NCBI GenBank assembly: GCA_025449905.1
Contig: JANWIN010000008.1
Location: 4,642 to 68,641, forward strand
Length of the DNA: 64,000 bases
Direction: 5' to 3'
DNA from: Candidatus Saccharimonadales bacterium
GTDB taxonomy: Bacteria; Patescibacteriota; Saccharimonadia; Saccharimonadales; JANWIN01
Below the pieces are notes generated by a model. The model did no database searches, had not been told where the DNA came from, and saw only the letters and a program-made list of their open reading frames with translations. Within the stretch, counting starts at the first letter, position 1, and each line of letters opens with the position of its first letter. Positions 29,407 to 38,591 of this stretch are shown here, piece by piece. Position numbers and translations under genes: made by a program.

Positions 29407-30098
29407 TGGCCTTTAAAGAATTTGATTTACAAGGCGTGGGTAAAGTTAAGATTTATAAACGGCGCGGTACCAGGGGGCTGCGTTTAAGTTTGCACCCAGA
29501 GAATTACGTAAGAGTTACAATGCCAACTTGGCTACCATATAAGACTGGCCTGGATTTTGCGCGTTCCAGGAGGACCTGGATTAACCAACACCGCCAGCCC
29601 CTACGCCTACTGCGGCAAAATATGAAAATTGGCAAGCAGTATCAGCTGAAGTTTATCGCTAGCAATATAAAGCAGCCTCGAACAGCTATAGCAGCGTCCA
29701 GAATTATGGTTCAGTATCCGTCAATTAGTTCCATCTACAGCGCTGATGTTCAAAATATGGCCAGAAAAGCCTCGCTAAGAGCCTTAAAGAAAGAAGCGCC
29801 GCAACTACTAAGTCTGCGGCTAGAACAGCTAGCAAAACAACATAGATTTAAATATAAAATTGTTAAATTTCGTTATCTTAAATCGCGCTGGGGCAGCTGT
29901 ACGTCTAAAAAAGAGATAACCCTAAACATCATGCTGCTGAATTTGCCCTGGCAACTTATTGATCATGTAATACTCCACGAGCTTTTGCACACTAAAGTCT
30001 TAAAACATGGGCCAAAGTTTTGGAAAGAATTTGAAAAAATTGAACCCGAAGCAAAGTCTCTTCAAAAAAAACTCCGCCATCATCAACCAGCATTCTAG
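29406..30098 (+). CDS. YgjP-like metallopeptidase-domain protein
   Basis: SRWGSC, HVILHELLH..H...FW. Confidence 0.88.
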   Translation: MAFKEFDLQGVGKVKIYKRRGTRGLRLSLHPENYVRVTMPTWLPYKTGLDFARSRRTWINQHRQPLRLLRQNMKIGKQYQLKFIASNIKQPRTAIAASRIMVQYPSISSIYSADVQNMARKASLRALKKEAPQLLSLRLEQLAKQHRFKYKIVKFRYLKSRWGSCTSKKEITLNIMLLNLPWQLIDHVILHELLHTKVLKHGPKFWKEFEKIEPEAKSLQKKLRHHQPAF

Positions 30099-30122
30099 AT
30101 TAAGCAAGTTTATGTAATAATG

Positions 30123-30212
30123 CGGCTTTGCCTTATAAGACAAAACTACGTTTTTTCTCACCAAAGCCGGAAAAATGAAATACATTTTAGTCGGGCTGCT
30201 CTTTTTCCTTAA
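30123..30212 (-). repeat. Dispersed ~90-bp structured repeat (family B)
   Basis: Reverse complement closely matches 45064-45152. Confidence 0.9.
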
Positions 30213-30242
30213 GCTGCTTCAAATTATGTAATAATAAGGCAT

Positions 30243-31349
30243 ATGCTTAGACAGACTCTTAGTGGAAGCCGCCCGGCAATCGTGGAGCGCGAGCGACTCA
30301 CTAGTCTTATTAACAGCATGGCTGACGGAGTGATTGCGACTGACGACAAGGTTAACATCTTACTTTATAACGGCGCTGCGCTAAATATTCTAGACTCAAA
30401 TAGCATGATAGGCGGCAAATCATTGTCAAGTATATTGCAGCTAAAAGACAAGAATGACCGACCGGTAGATGTTCAAAAGTTAGTTCTGGGCGCCAAAACA
30501 CCAATTGTATCGCGCGAAATGCGTATACATTACGGTGATAGCAGTACTATAAATCTGTATATTAGCATCGCGCCGGTAAAGTTTGGCTTTGGCCATATGG
30601 GCAATGCTGGGTATGTAATTGTGCTGCGTGATATTACTCGTGAAAAATCTCTGGAAGAAGAACGTGATGAATTCATAAGCGTAGTTAGCCATGAGCTTCG
30701 CACTCCAATTACTATAGCTGAAGGTAATATAAGTAACGCTAAACTTATGGCTCAGCAAGGAACGGACCTGACTAAAATTGAGGAGGCGCTGGAGCATGCC
30801 CATAACCAAGTAGAGTTTTTGGCCGGTTTAATAAATGATTTGGCCACTTTGTCTCGTGCTGAACGCGGCAAACTAACAGTCGATATAGAGACTATAAACG
30901 TCCATGACCTAGTTAACGAACTGGCCGAAAATTACTTACCAGAAGTTCGCGGTAAAGGTCTAGAGCTTAAAATTTTCCTGGACCCAACACTGCAGGCTAT
31001 TAATTCGAGCAAGCTCTACGTACGCGAAATTTTGCAAAACTTTATAACTAACTCCATCAAGTATACTGATCACGGCTCGATAACCATTAGTGCCCAGCGC
31101 CGGGAAGGCGGAGTTCTATTTGAAGTTAGTGATACGGGTATTGGCATTAGCAAGCAGGATCAAGGCAAGATTTTTGAAAAATTCTTTAGGTCTGAAGATT
31201 ACCGTACTAAGAAAACTAGTGGCACTGGGCTTGGACTTTATGTAACTAAAAAATTACTTTCTTTACTGCACGCTCAAATGAGTTTTGAGAGTGAGCTTAA
31301 TAAGGGCACGACCTTTAAGGTTTTTATACCAAGCTTAAAATTAATGTAA
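30243..31349 (+). CDS. Cytoplasmic PAS-domain histidine kinase (no adjacent regulator)
   Basis: PAS, SHELRTP, NFITNSIKYT, DTGIGI, GTGLGL. Confidence 0.93.
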   Translation: MLRQTLSGSRPAIVERERLTSLINSMADGVIATDDKVNILLYNGAALNILDSNSMIGGKSLSSILQLKDKNDRPVDVQKLVLGAKTPIVSREMRIHYGDSSTINLYISIAPVKFGFGHMGNAGYVIVLRDITREKSLEEERDEFISVVSHELRTPITIAEGNISNAKLMAQQGTDLTKIEEALEHAHNQVEFLAGLINDLATLSRAERGKLTVDIETINVHDLVNELAENYLPEVRGKGLELKIFLDPTLQAINSSKLYVREILQNFITNSIKYTDHGSITISAQRREGGVLFEVSDTGIGISKQDQGKIFEKFFRSEDYRTKKTSGTGLGLYVTKKLLSLLHAQMSFESELNKGTTFKVFIPSLKLM

Positions 31350-31424
31350 GTCTTGACTGTAATTTTCTATCTGTTATATACTTGATTCAGCGAAACCTGT
31401 CTGTATGATAGGTTTTTTTAATTC

Positions 31425-31458
31425 ACCTGCCTAAAATTTCGAAGAAACTTTAGTAGGT
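31425..31458. repeat. Short REP-like hairpin upstream of secE
   Basis: ACCTGCCTAAAATTTC-GAA-GAAACTTTAGTAGGT. Confidence 0.5.
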
Positions 31459-31469
31459 TAAGGAGTTAG

Positions 31470-31805
31470 ATGGCGGAAGAAGTTAAGAAAAGGCGCCTGC
31501 AAGCGGCCAACGAGCCAACAAAGGCTGAAAAAAAAGCTGACAAGCCTAAAGCCAGCCATTCTGCTGTTGGTAAAGTTTTCCATGTCATATTTTATCCTTT
31601 CAGGATTTTTAAGTTCTTGAAATTCTTAGTTCCATCTTACTTTAAGAATGCCTTTAAAGAACTCCGTCTAGTAACTTGGCCGTCGCGTAAGGAAACTATG
31701 AAGCTGACCTTTGCAGTTTTCATGTTTGCTATCATATTCGGAGCTTTTATAACCGCCCTAGACTACATACTTAACAATATATTTAAAAGGATATTACTAC
31801 GATGA
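31470..31805 (+). CDS. secE: Preprotein translocase SecE
   Basis: ELRLVTWPSRKE plus TM helix; precedes nusG. Confidence 0.93.
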   Translation: MAEEVKKRRLQAANEPTKAEKKADKPKASHSAVGKVFHVIFYPFRIFKFLKFLVPSYFKNAFKELRLVTWPSRKETMKLTFAVFMFAIIFGAFITALDYILNNIFKRILLR

Positions 31806-32344
31806 CAAAACGTTATGACACAACCAAACACTGGTACGCTATCCACACTTATAGCGGTTACGAAGAAAAAGTAGCCGAGAGTATCCGCCAGCGAGCCGAC
31901 AGCCTAGATATGAAAGACAAGATCTTTCAAGTTTTAGTACCTAAAGAAAAAATGATTGAGATTAAAAACGGCAAGCGTAAAGTCGTAGAAAAGCGTATTT
32001 TTCAGGGTTATGTACTGGTTGAAATGAAATTATCCGAAGACGCCTGGTATATTGTCCGAAATACACCAAGTGTAACCGGCTTTGTCGGCAGTGGTACCGA
32101 ACCCACGCCAATTAGTGACGACGAGATGGAAAAGATTAACAAACGTATGGGTCTGGAACAGCCCAAGCACAAGATTGACTTCAAAGTTGGTGAAGTGGTG
32201 AACATTACTGATGGGCCGTTTAAGGGCTTTGATGGCAGTATAAACGATATTGACACTCAAAAAGGCAAGCTAAAGGTCTTAGTTAACATGTTCGGCCGCG
32301 AAACACCGGTTGAACTGGATAGCTTACAGGTTAAGAGAGTATAG
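31802..32344 (+). CDS. nusG: Transcription factor NusG
   Basis: WYAIHTYSGYE, GYVLVEM, VRNTPSVTGFVG, KOW, FGRETPVEL. Confidence 0.99.
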   Translation: MTKRYDTTKHWYAIHTYSGYEEKVAESIRQRADSLDMKDKIFQVLVPKEKMIEIKNGKRKVVEKRIFQGYVLVEMKLSEDAWYIVRNTPSVTGFVGSGTEPTPISDDEMEKINKRMGLEQPKHKIDFKVGEVVNITDGPFKGFDGSINDIDTQKGKLKVLVNMFGRETPVELDSLQVKRV

Positions 32345-32353
32345 AGCTAAAAT

Positions 32354-32590
32354 ATGGCTTCTGAACAACAGCCTTCACCAGAGCAAGACATTGCGGACTA
32401 CAAAAGAAAGTTGAAAGTAGCGCGTGGCACGGCCGCGATCTGTCTTGGATTTGGAGTAGGCAATGGTCTCAAAGCAGTAGTTGAAGCAGTAAATGGTGAT
32501 TGGCATCAAGCTGGTGAGTCTGCAGGTTTAGGTGCTATCTTTTTTGGTAAGTTCAGTAATGCCGATAGGTATAGCAAGAGATTACGGTGA
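32354..32590 (+). CDS. Orphan membrane-type ORF between nusG and rplK, possibly frameshifted (would extend to 32639)
   Basis: Hydrophobic segments; T6 run at 32540-32545. Confidence 0.5.
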   Translation: MASEQQPSPEQDIADYKRKLKVARGTAAICLGFGVGNGLKAVVEAVNGDWHQAGESAGLGAIFFGKFSNADRYSKRLR

Positions 32591-32648
32591 CTCAATTGCG
32601 GAAATTGCTAGACAACAGGGGTCGAATCCTGTAGAATAGGCTAAATTT

Positions 32649-33071
32649 ATGGCAAAACAAGTTACAGCAAATCTTAAGATGAAAATACCAGCCGGCAAAG
32701 CCAGTCCAGCACCGCCTGTGGGCAGTATTTTAGGCCAATATGGTGTTAATATGATGGATTTTATTAATCCGTTTAACGAGCAAACCAAAGAGTTAAAAGG
32801 TACCGTGACTGCCCATATCCGCATTTATGATGACAGAACTATGGATTTCAGGGTCATCAGCCAGCCCACAGATGACCTTATCAGGGCAAAATTAGGCATA
32901 GAGAAGGGCTCAGGTGTCCCCAACCGCGAGAAAATAGAGAAAAAGCTGTCAGATGCCCTATTGACCGAAATAGCTGAGGAAAAGGCTAAGGATATGAATA
33001 CTGAAGATATTGAGGCTGTAAAGAAGATTGTCGCTGGCACAGCCCGCAGCATGGGTGTGGAGATAGGATAA
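32649..33071 (+). CDS. rplK: 50S ribosomal protein L11
   Basis: PAGKASPAPPVG..LGQYGVN, GTARSMG. Confidence 0.98.
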   Translation: MAKQVTANLKMKIPAGKASPAPPVGSILGQYGVNMMDFINPFNEQTKELKGTVTAHIRIYDDRTMDFRVISQPTDDLIRAKLGIEKGSGVPNREKIEKKLSDALLTEIAEEKAKDMNTEDIEAVKKIVAGTARSMGVEIG

Positions 33072-33075
33072 GAAT

Positions 33076-33420
33076 ATGGGGGTTAATATCGAGACATTAG
33101 GTGCTTCAGGCTATAAATACGCTGTGTCTGAATTTACCGGGTTTAGATTTGGGGATATAGAGCTGCACGGAACCGTGAGAATCGGCACAGATATTAGACT
33201 TTCGGACTCATGGAAAGAAGATTTTGAAAAATTAAATGGTATACACCCGGATGAGCAGGTAAGGAGAGATTCTGGTAATTTAGTAGAAGGCTATGATGAT
33301 TGGGACAGGAAAGTTCGTGAGCTTGAAGCGAGCAGAATCCCACGGTTCATAGCAACTGCAGCTCACTTGAGAACGCAATTGGGTATGCAACCATTAGGTG
33401 AAATAACAGACGGAAAATAA
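33076..33420 (+). CDS. Orphan 114-aa ORF between rplK and rplA
   Basis: Starts 4 nt after the rplK stop; no motif recognised. Confidence 0.55.
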   Translation: MGVNIETLGASGYKYAVSEFTGFRFGDIELHGTVRIGTDIRLSDSWKEDFEKLNGIHPDEQVRRDSGNLVEGYDDWDRKVRELEASRIPRFIATAAHLRTQLGMQPLGEITDGK

Positions 33421-33429
33421 ATTAAATTT

Positions 33430-33459
33430 GTGGGAGAGTTAGAAACTCGTAAGTACCAC
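33430..33459 (+). promoter_or_regulatory. Probable L1-binding autoregulatory leader
   Basis: GTGG-GA-GAGTT..AACTC-GTAAGTA-CCAC directly before the rplA SD. Confidence 0.65.
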
Positions 33460-33472
33460 GAAAGGAGTCATT

Positions 33473-34387
33473 ATGGCGGAAACCAAAAAAACAGCTGAGA
33501 AAACTGAAGAAAAACCAAAAACTGTCAAGAATAAAGTAGAAACTAAACCTGCTGCTGAAGAAAAGGTAGTGGCGAAGGCTGGCAAACGCAGCGCCAAAGC
33601 CATTAAAGAGTCTGAAGAGAAAGTAGCTAAAGAAGAGCGTAAAGCAGTAAAAGCTAGTGACAAAGAAGCTGATAAGCCTAAGAAACCTGTCAAGCCGGCC
33701 CGTAGCCGGTTGGAGCGTCGTAGTAAAAAGTACCGTGAAAGCGCAAAGCTTATAGATAAAACTAAGCAATACGCACTTAAAGATTCACTTGAGCTAGCTA
33801 TAAAAACATCTACAGTTAAGTTTGATGCATCAGTTGAGATGCATGTTCGTTTAGGCGTAGATCCAAAGACGGCTGATCAGAACATTCGTGACACCGTTAC
33901 CTTACCAGCCGGTACCGGTAAGGATGTCAAAATAGCAGTTTTTACAGATGAACCTGCCGATAAGATAAAGCAAGCTGGCGCTGACATCGTCGGCAATGAA
34001 GATTTTCTGGCTCAACTGGAGAAAGAAAACCTAAACTTTGACGTTTTAATAACCTCACCGCAAATGATGGCTAAATTAGCTAAATATGCGCGTATTTTAG
34101 GTCCGCGAGGTCTTATGCCCAATCCAAAAAGCGGCACAGTGGCAAAAGATTTAACAGCAGCAGTAAAAGGCGCCAAAGGCGGCCGCGTAGAATACCGAGT
34201 AGATAGTGAAGGCATAATCCACTTGGCTATTGGTAAGGTTAGCTTTGGGCCTGAAAAACTCCAGCAAAACGCCGAGGCTATAGTCAAAAGTATAAAAGCT
34301 GCTAAACCCAGCTCTATCAAAGGCATTTACATTCAGTCTACATATATTACAACCAGCATGGGACCAAGCATTAAAGTCGAGCTATAA
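33473..34387 (+). CDS. rplA: 50S ribosomal protein L1 with long K/E-rich N-terminal extension
   Basis: KFDASVE, LGVDP, LGPRGLMPNPKSGTV, TSMGP. Confidence 0.98.
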   Translation: MAETKKTAEKTEEKPKTVKNKVETKPAAEEKVVAKAGKRSAKAIKESEEKVAKEERKAVKASDKEADKPKKPVKPARSRLERRSKKYRESAKLIDKTKQYALKDSLELAIKTSTVKFDASVEMHVRLGVDPKTADQNIRDTVTLPAGTGKDVKIAVFTDEPADKIKQAGADIVGNEDFLAQLEKENLNFDVLITSPQMMAKLAKYARILGPRGLMPNPKSGTVAKDLTAAVKGAKGGRVEYRVDSEGIIHLAIGKVSFGPEKLQQNAEAIVKSIKAAKPSSIKGIYIQSTYITTSMGPSIKVEL

Positions 34388-34394
34388 TAGCGAG

Positions 34395-35036
34395 GTGAGT
34401 CAAAAACAAGGTCGAGTTATTGCCTTTGACGGACCGGATGGTGTTGGTAAAAGCAGCCAATTAAAACTTTTGGCCAACTACTTATTAGGAAAGGGCTATA
34501 AGGTATTTAAAACCCGCTCGGCCGGCGGAACGCCAATAGGTGTAGCTTTAAGGGCTGCTTCGCTTTTAAACGTTCCGCGCCAACCAGAAACTGATCTTTA
34601 TATTTCCTTAGCCGGTCAAACTGATGTTGGCTACCAAATTAAGAACCGTAAAAGTACAGGCGAGATTATTCTAGTGGACCGTAGCCCTTTAACAATTATT
34701 GCCTATCAAGTTTTTGCCAGTAATCTACCAATACCAAAACAGGGCTACGACGCCTGTGAAAAAATGTTAAAGTTATGGAGTATTGACGACCTAATAGTTT
34801 TTGATGCTCCAGAGTCTATACTTAAGGGCCGCCGCGACAAGCGAAAGCAGGAAGATAAATCAGCTGCCAACAACTATTTTGAACGGCAAAACGACAATTA
34901 TCACAAGCAAACCCAAGCTGGTTACCGTGAAGCGACTAAATTTGCTCAAAAACTTGGTGTTAATACTGTCAAGATTGATGCTTCGCCTACGATTGATATA
35001 ATTCAGGATGACATCCGAAATAAGCTGGGACTTTAG
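34395..35036 (+). CDS. tmk: Thymidylate kinase-like protein
   Basis: FDGPDGVGKSSQ, GGTPIG, LVDR, AYQ. Confidence 0.8.
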   Translation: MSQKQGRVIAFDGPDGVGKSSQLKLLANYLLGKGYKVFKTRSAGGTPIGVALRAASLLNVPRQPETDLYISLAGQTDVGYQIKNRKSTGEIILVDRSPLTIIAYQVFASNLPIPKQGYDACEKMLKLWSIDDLIVFDAPESILKGRRDKRKQEDKSAANNYFERQNDNYHKQTQAGYREATKFAQKLGVNTVKIDASPTIDIIQDDIRNKLGL

Positions 35037-35096
35037 ACTCGTTGTAATATCTGCGGGAGGCCTTGAATAGTTTTCAAGTTATTACGTACAATATAT

Positions 35097-35822
35097 TTGA
35101 GCGAGGTATTTTTGGGAGTTTATAGCAATACACAAATTAGACAAGCAATTAAAGAAGGTCATATCGTCCTTCACCCTTACAATGACAAAAACATTGCCGG
35201 TAGTAGCGTTGACGTTACCCTAGGCTATTATTTCTATCGTTTGGAGCGGCCAAGTGAGGGCGGTTTTTATAATCCATTTGATGAAAAAGCTGTTAAATCA
35301 TACTTTCGCGGTGGACCATACCACGCCGAGCCGCATGAGAAATGGGTTAAGCAACATGGCCGGCAATTATTTAAGAATATCCCGCCAAAACATCCAATCA
35401 TTGTCTTAAGGCCAGGCGAGCGCATACTTAGTCATACTCATGAATTTATAGGCATTCGAGCCCCCGGCACTAGCACTATGCAAGCCCGCAGTACCTGGGG
35501 TCGCAACGGCGTCTCGGTTTGTTTAGACGCCGGGTGGGGTGATCCTGGTTATATAAACCGCTGGACGATGGAAGTTTATAATATGAACCAATATGAAAGC
35601 GTTGTACTGCCTGTTGGTGAACGAGTCGCGCAAATGGTCTTCTACGAAACAGGCCCCGTTAGCAGCGAGTACACCAAGCTAAGCGGCAAATATCAGAGCC
35701 GCCCCAGCCAGGATCTGCAAACCATTATTAAGACTTGGTCGCCGGAACAGATGCTCCCCCGAGCTTACAAAGATAGTCGCCAGATGCCTAAAATCATCAA
35801 AGGCTTGAAAGGCTACAAGTGA
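35097..35822 (+). CDS. dcd: dCTP deaminase (start may be TTG at 35112)
   Basis: SSVDVTLG, ARSTWGR.G, AGWGDPGY, TMEV. Confidence 0.88.
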   Translation: MSEVFLGVYSNTQIRQAIKEGHIVLHPYNDKNIAGSSVDVTLGYYFYRLERPSEGGFYNPFDEKAVKSYFRGGPYHAEPHEKWVKQHGRQLFKNIPPKHPIIVLRPGERILSHTHEFIGIRAPGTSTMQARSTWGRNGVSVCLDAGWGDPGYINRWTMEVYNMNQYESVVLPVGERVAQMVFYETGPVSSEYTKLSGKYQSRPSQDLQTIIKTWSPEQMLPRAYKDSRQMPKIIKGLKGYK

Positions 35823-38167
35823 AACCGGCAAGTAAGAGTAGGGGTGCATTTATTGTTATTGAAGGTACTGATGGCTCGGGCAAAGGTACGCAATTTGAAT
35901 TATTGACCGAAAGGTTACGCCAAGCCGGACACCAAGTAGAGACTTTTGATTTTCCTCGTTATGATGAGCCTTCCAGCTACTTTGTGAAGGAGTACTTAAA
36001 TGGTAAATACGGCAGTTCGGAAGAGGTTGGACCTTATACCGGTTCGCTATTTTACGCGATTGACCGCTACCAAGCCGCACCGCAAATCAGGCAGGCGCTA
36101 GAAGAAGGCAAGGTTGTGCTGGCTAATCGTTTTACCGGTTCAAATATGGCTCATCAGGGTACTAAGTTTGCTTATCCTGAAGAGCGGCGCGGTTATTTTA
36201 TCTGGCTGGATAATTTGGAGTTTGAAATGCTGGGAATCCCGCGGCCGGACAGGAGTTTTGTGCTGCGCGTGCCAGCCGAGATTGCCCAGCAATTAATTGA
36301 TAGAAAGGCCGCCCGCAGTTATACCGATAAGAAGCGTGACTTGCACGAGGCTGATTTTAAGCACTTAAAGCTTTCAGTTGAGGTTTATGACGACCTATGC
36401 CGATTATTCCCGCGTGATTTTCAGCGCCTTGACTGTGTGCGCAGCGGAAAAATGATGACTAAAAGCGTAGTTGCCGACATGATTTGGAAAAATGTCGAGC
36501 CGTTGTTACCCGAGCCGATGCCTATTACCAAAGGAACTAAACCCAAGCCGCAGGTTGAAAAGCCAAAAAATCCTTATATTCACAAGACGAACGCCGGCTA
36601 CGAAATAACTTCGGAGGGTAAGCGCTTTTTGGAAGAAGCCGTAACTAATGCCAGTGGTAATGTCTATGGTTTTAAGGACAAGTTGACGGCTACAACCATA
36701 GCAGCAGCTATGGCGCGATTGAGTCGCCGCGGTGATGATATGCGCGTAACTATTTTGGACGAGTTTGCCGCCACCGAAGGCAAAGATGAAAAGCTGCTCC
36801 AGCGGGTTATAACGGCTTATGGTGATGACTCTGTTCAACAGTTGGTTGGCCAGCATATAGTTGTTGAGAACGCCTCTAACCTGCTTATAAAGAAACTGGA
36901 GTGGGGCAGGCTGGCCGCCTATCTGGAACAATCGACGCGCTACATTTATTTCGATCAAAAAGATAACGAAGGACGATACAAATATCATATCCCGGAGCAT
37001 TTTGACGAAGATACACTCCAAGTCTATGTCAAAGTCATGGATGAAATCTTTGACACTTATTCAGTTATTGTCAGAAAGGCTACAGACTATGTGCGTACTA
37101 ACTCTAAAGTTCCAAAAGATGAGCAAGATGTTGCCTGGCAAGGGGCGACTCGGGCCCAAGCTTGTGACGCCGCTCGCCATGTTCTGCCCGTAGCCACCAC
37201 TGCCACCGTGGGTATTTATGCTTCAGGCCAAGCTCTAGAAAGTCTTATCATGCACCTAATGAGCGAAGAGTTCGTTGAAGCTCGTATAACCGGACAGAAA
37301 CTCTTAGACGAAGGTCGGCAAATGATTCCAATGTTCTTGGAGCGAGCCGATAAGCCGGATCGCGGCGGCGCAGCCATTGCTTATCGAGCCAACACCAAAC
37401 AAGGCGTAAAAAAATTAGCCGAGAAATATTTACCTAATAATTTTGGTCAGCATGAAGCGCCGGTTAGGCTAACAGGCGTCTGGCCTCGCAACGAAGTGGA
37501 CTTAGTGCCAGATATGCTCTATGAGCACAGTAATTTATCGTTAGACGAGATTAAGGATTCAGTTAGTAAATGGTCATATGATAAAAAAGCTTCGGTGCTG
37601 CTGGCCTATATCGGTGAACGCTTAAACCGGCGCCACAAGCCCGGGCGAGCACTAGAAAAAGCCCATTACAGCTGGGATTTGGTTTGTGATTACGGCATCT
37701 TTCGAGATTTACAACGTCACCGCATGGTTGATGATTTAGAGTGGCAGGAGTTAACCCCTCGCTATGGCTATGAAATACCAGAGCTTATTGAAGAAGCCGG
37801 GCTAGCTGAATTATATGAAAAGTGCTTTGACATGAGCTTGGCGCTTCATAGCAAGTTACAGGCAGCTGGCTACGGGGTTGAGGCGCAATACGCTACGCTT
37901 TTGGGGCATAAAATGCGGTGGAAAATGACTTTTAATGCCCGCGAGGCATATCATTTTGTTGAACTTAGGACTTCGCCGCAGGGACACCCTGGCTACCGCA
38001 AACTAACTCAACAAATGTATGAAAAGTTAGCAGAAGTACATCCGCTACTTGCTCAGGGTATGAAGTTTGTCAATCAAGGCGAAGACGAAGAATTAACGCG
38101 TTTGGCGGCTGAAAAGTATACACAGTTTAAGCTTCAACAGATTGATCAGGCTGAGAAGAAACGCTAG
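35819..38167 (+). CDS. thyX: Thymidylate kinase fused to tandem-domain FAD-dependent thymidylate synthase
   Basis: N-term IEGTDGSGKGTQ/FPRY; C-term EQSTRY, DLQRHR, NARE..H..ELR. Confidence 0.88.
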   Translation: MKPASKSRGAFIVIEGTDGSGKGTQFELLTERLRQAGHQVETFDFPRYDEPSSYFVKEYLNGKYGSSEEVGPYTGSLFYAIDRYQAAPQIRQALEEGKVVLANRFTGSNMAHQGTKFAYPEERRGYFIWLDNLEFEMLGIPRPDRSFVLRVPAEIAQQLIDRKAARSYTDKKRDLHEADFKHLKLSVEVYDDLCRLFPRDFQRLDCVRSGKMMTKSVVADMIWKNVEPLLPEPMPITKGTKPKPQVEKPKNPYIHKTNAGYEITSEGKRFLEEAVTNASGNVYGFKDKLTATTIAAAMARLSRRGDDMRVTILDEFAATEGKDEKLLQRVITAYGDDSVQQLVGQHIVVENASNLLIKKLEWGRLAAYLEQSTRYIYFDQKDNEGRYKYHIPEHFDEDTLQVYVKVMDEIFDTYSVIVRKATDYVRTNSKVPKDEQDVAWQGATRAQACDAARHVLPVATTATVGIYASGQALESLIMHLMSEEFVEARITGQKLLDEGRQMIPMFLERADKPDRGGAAIAYRANTKQGVKKLAEKYLPNNFGQHEAPVRLTGVWPRNEVDLVPDMLYEHSNLSLDEIKDSVSKWSYDKKASVLLAYIGERLNRRHKPGRALEKAHYSWDLVCDYGIFRDLQRHRMVDDLEWQELTPRYGYEIPELIEEAGLAELYEKCFDMSLALHSKLQAAGYGVEAQYATLLGHKMRWKMTFNAREAYHFVELRTSPQGHPGYRKLTQQMYEKLAEVHPLLAQGMKFVNQGEDEELTRLAAEKYTQFKLQQIDQAEKKR

Positions 38168-38339
38168 ATTGAGGTGAATTTACCTCTTGATCGAGGTCAA
38201 TTAATCGAGATTTTCCAGATGCAAACTCTCCTAATAATAAGTTCCTCGAGCTAGCTTCAGCGTGCACGCTCGCAAGTTCTTCAGCTATTCCTGTTTGCTT
38301 ATCATCTCTGTGTGTTAAGTCTATTTCTGTGACTGCCAT
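38127..38339 (-). CDS. Possible small hypothetical protein
   Basis: 70-aa ORF overlapping the thyX 3' end. Confidence 0.3.
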   Translation of the reverse strand: MAVTEIDLTHRDDKQTGIAEELASVHAEASSRNLLLGEFASGKSRLIDLDQEVNSPQSSVSSQPDQSVEA

Positions 38340-38441
38340 AACTCTTACCAAAAACTAATACTACACCGAATTTTTAAGAACGCAAGCAATAGTTTTTGAA
38401 TATTGTATTTTTCAGTCAAGAGTGATAACCTCTAAATCACT

Positions 38442-38519
38442 ATGGGTTTTAACCAGAAGCACTCTTCGAGTCTCCTACTTATCCTTCAAGGGCTGTGCTT
38501 CAAATTGGTTGAAGCCTGA
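38442..38519 (+). CDS. Leucine attenuator leader peptide
   Basis: MGFNQKHSSSLLLILQGLCFKLVEA*; codon run CTC CTA CTT ATC CTT; upstream of leuA. Confidence 0.8.
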   Translation: MGFNQKHSSSLLLILQGLCFKLVEA

Positions 38520-38548
38520 GCGTACAGATACGTTTTGCACAGCCCCAC

Positions 38549-38574
38549 AATCAGGCCTCAACGCCTGATTTTTT
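38549..38574 (+). terminator. leu attenuator terminator
   Basis: AATCAGGC-CTCAAC-GCCTGATTTTTT. Confidence 0.8.
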
Positions 38575-38591
38575 AATTTAAGGAGAACTAA

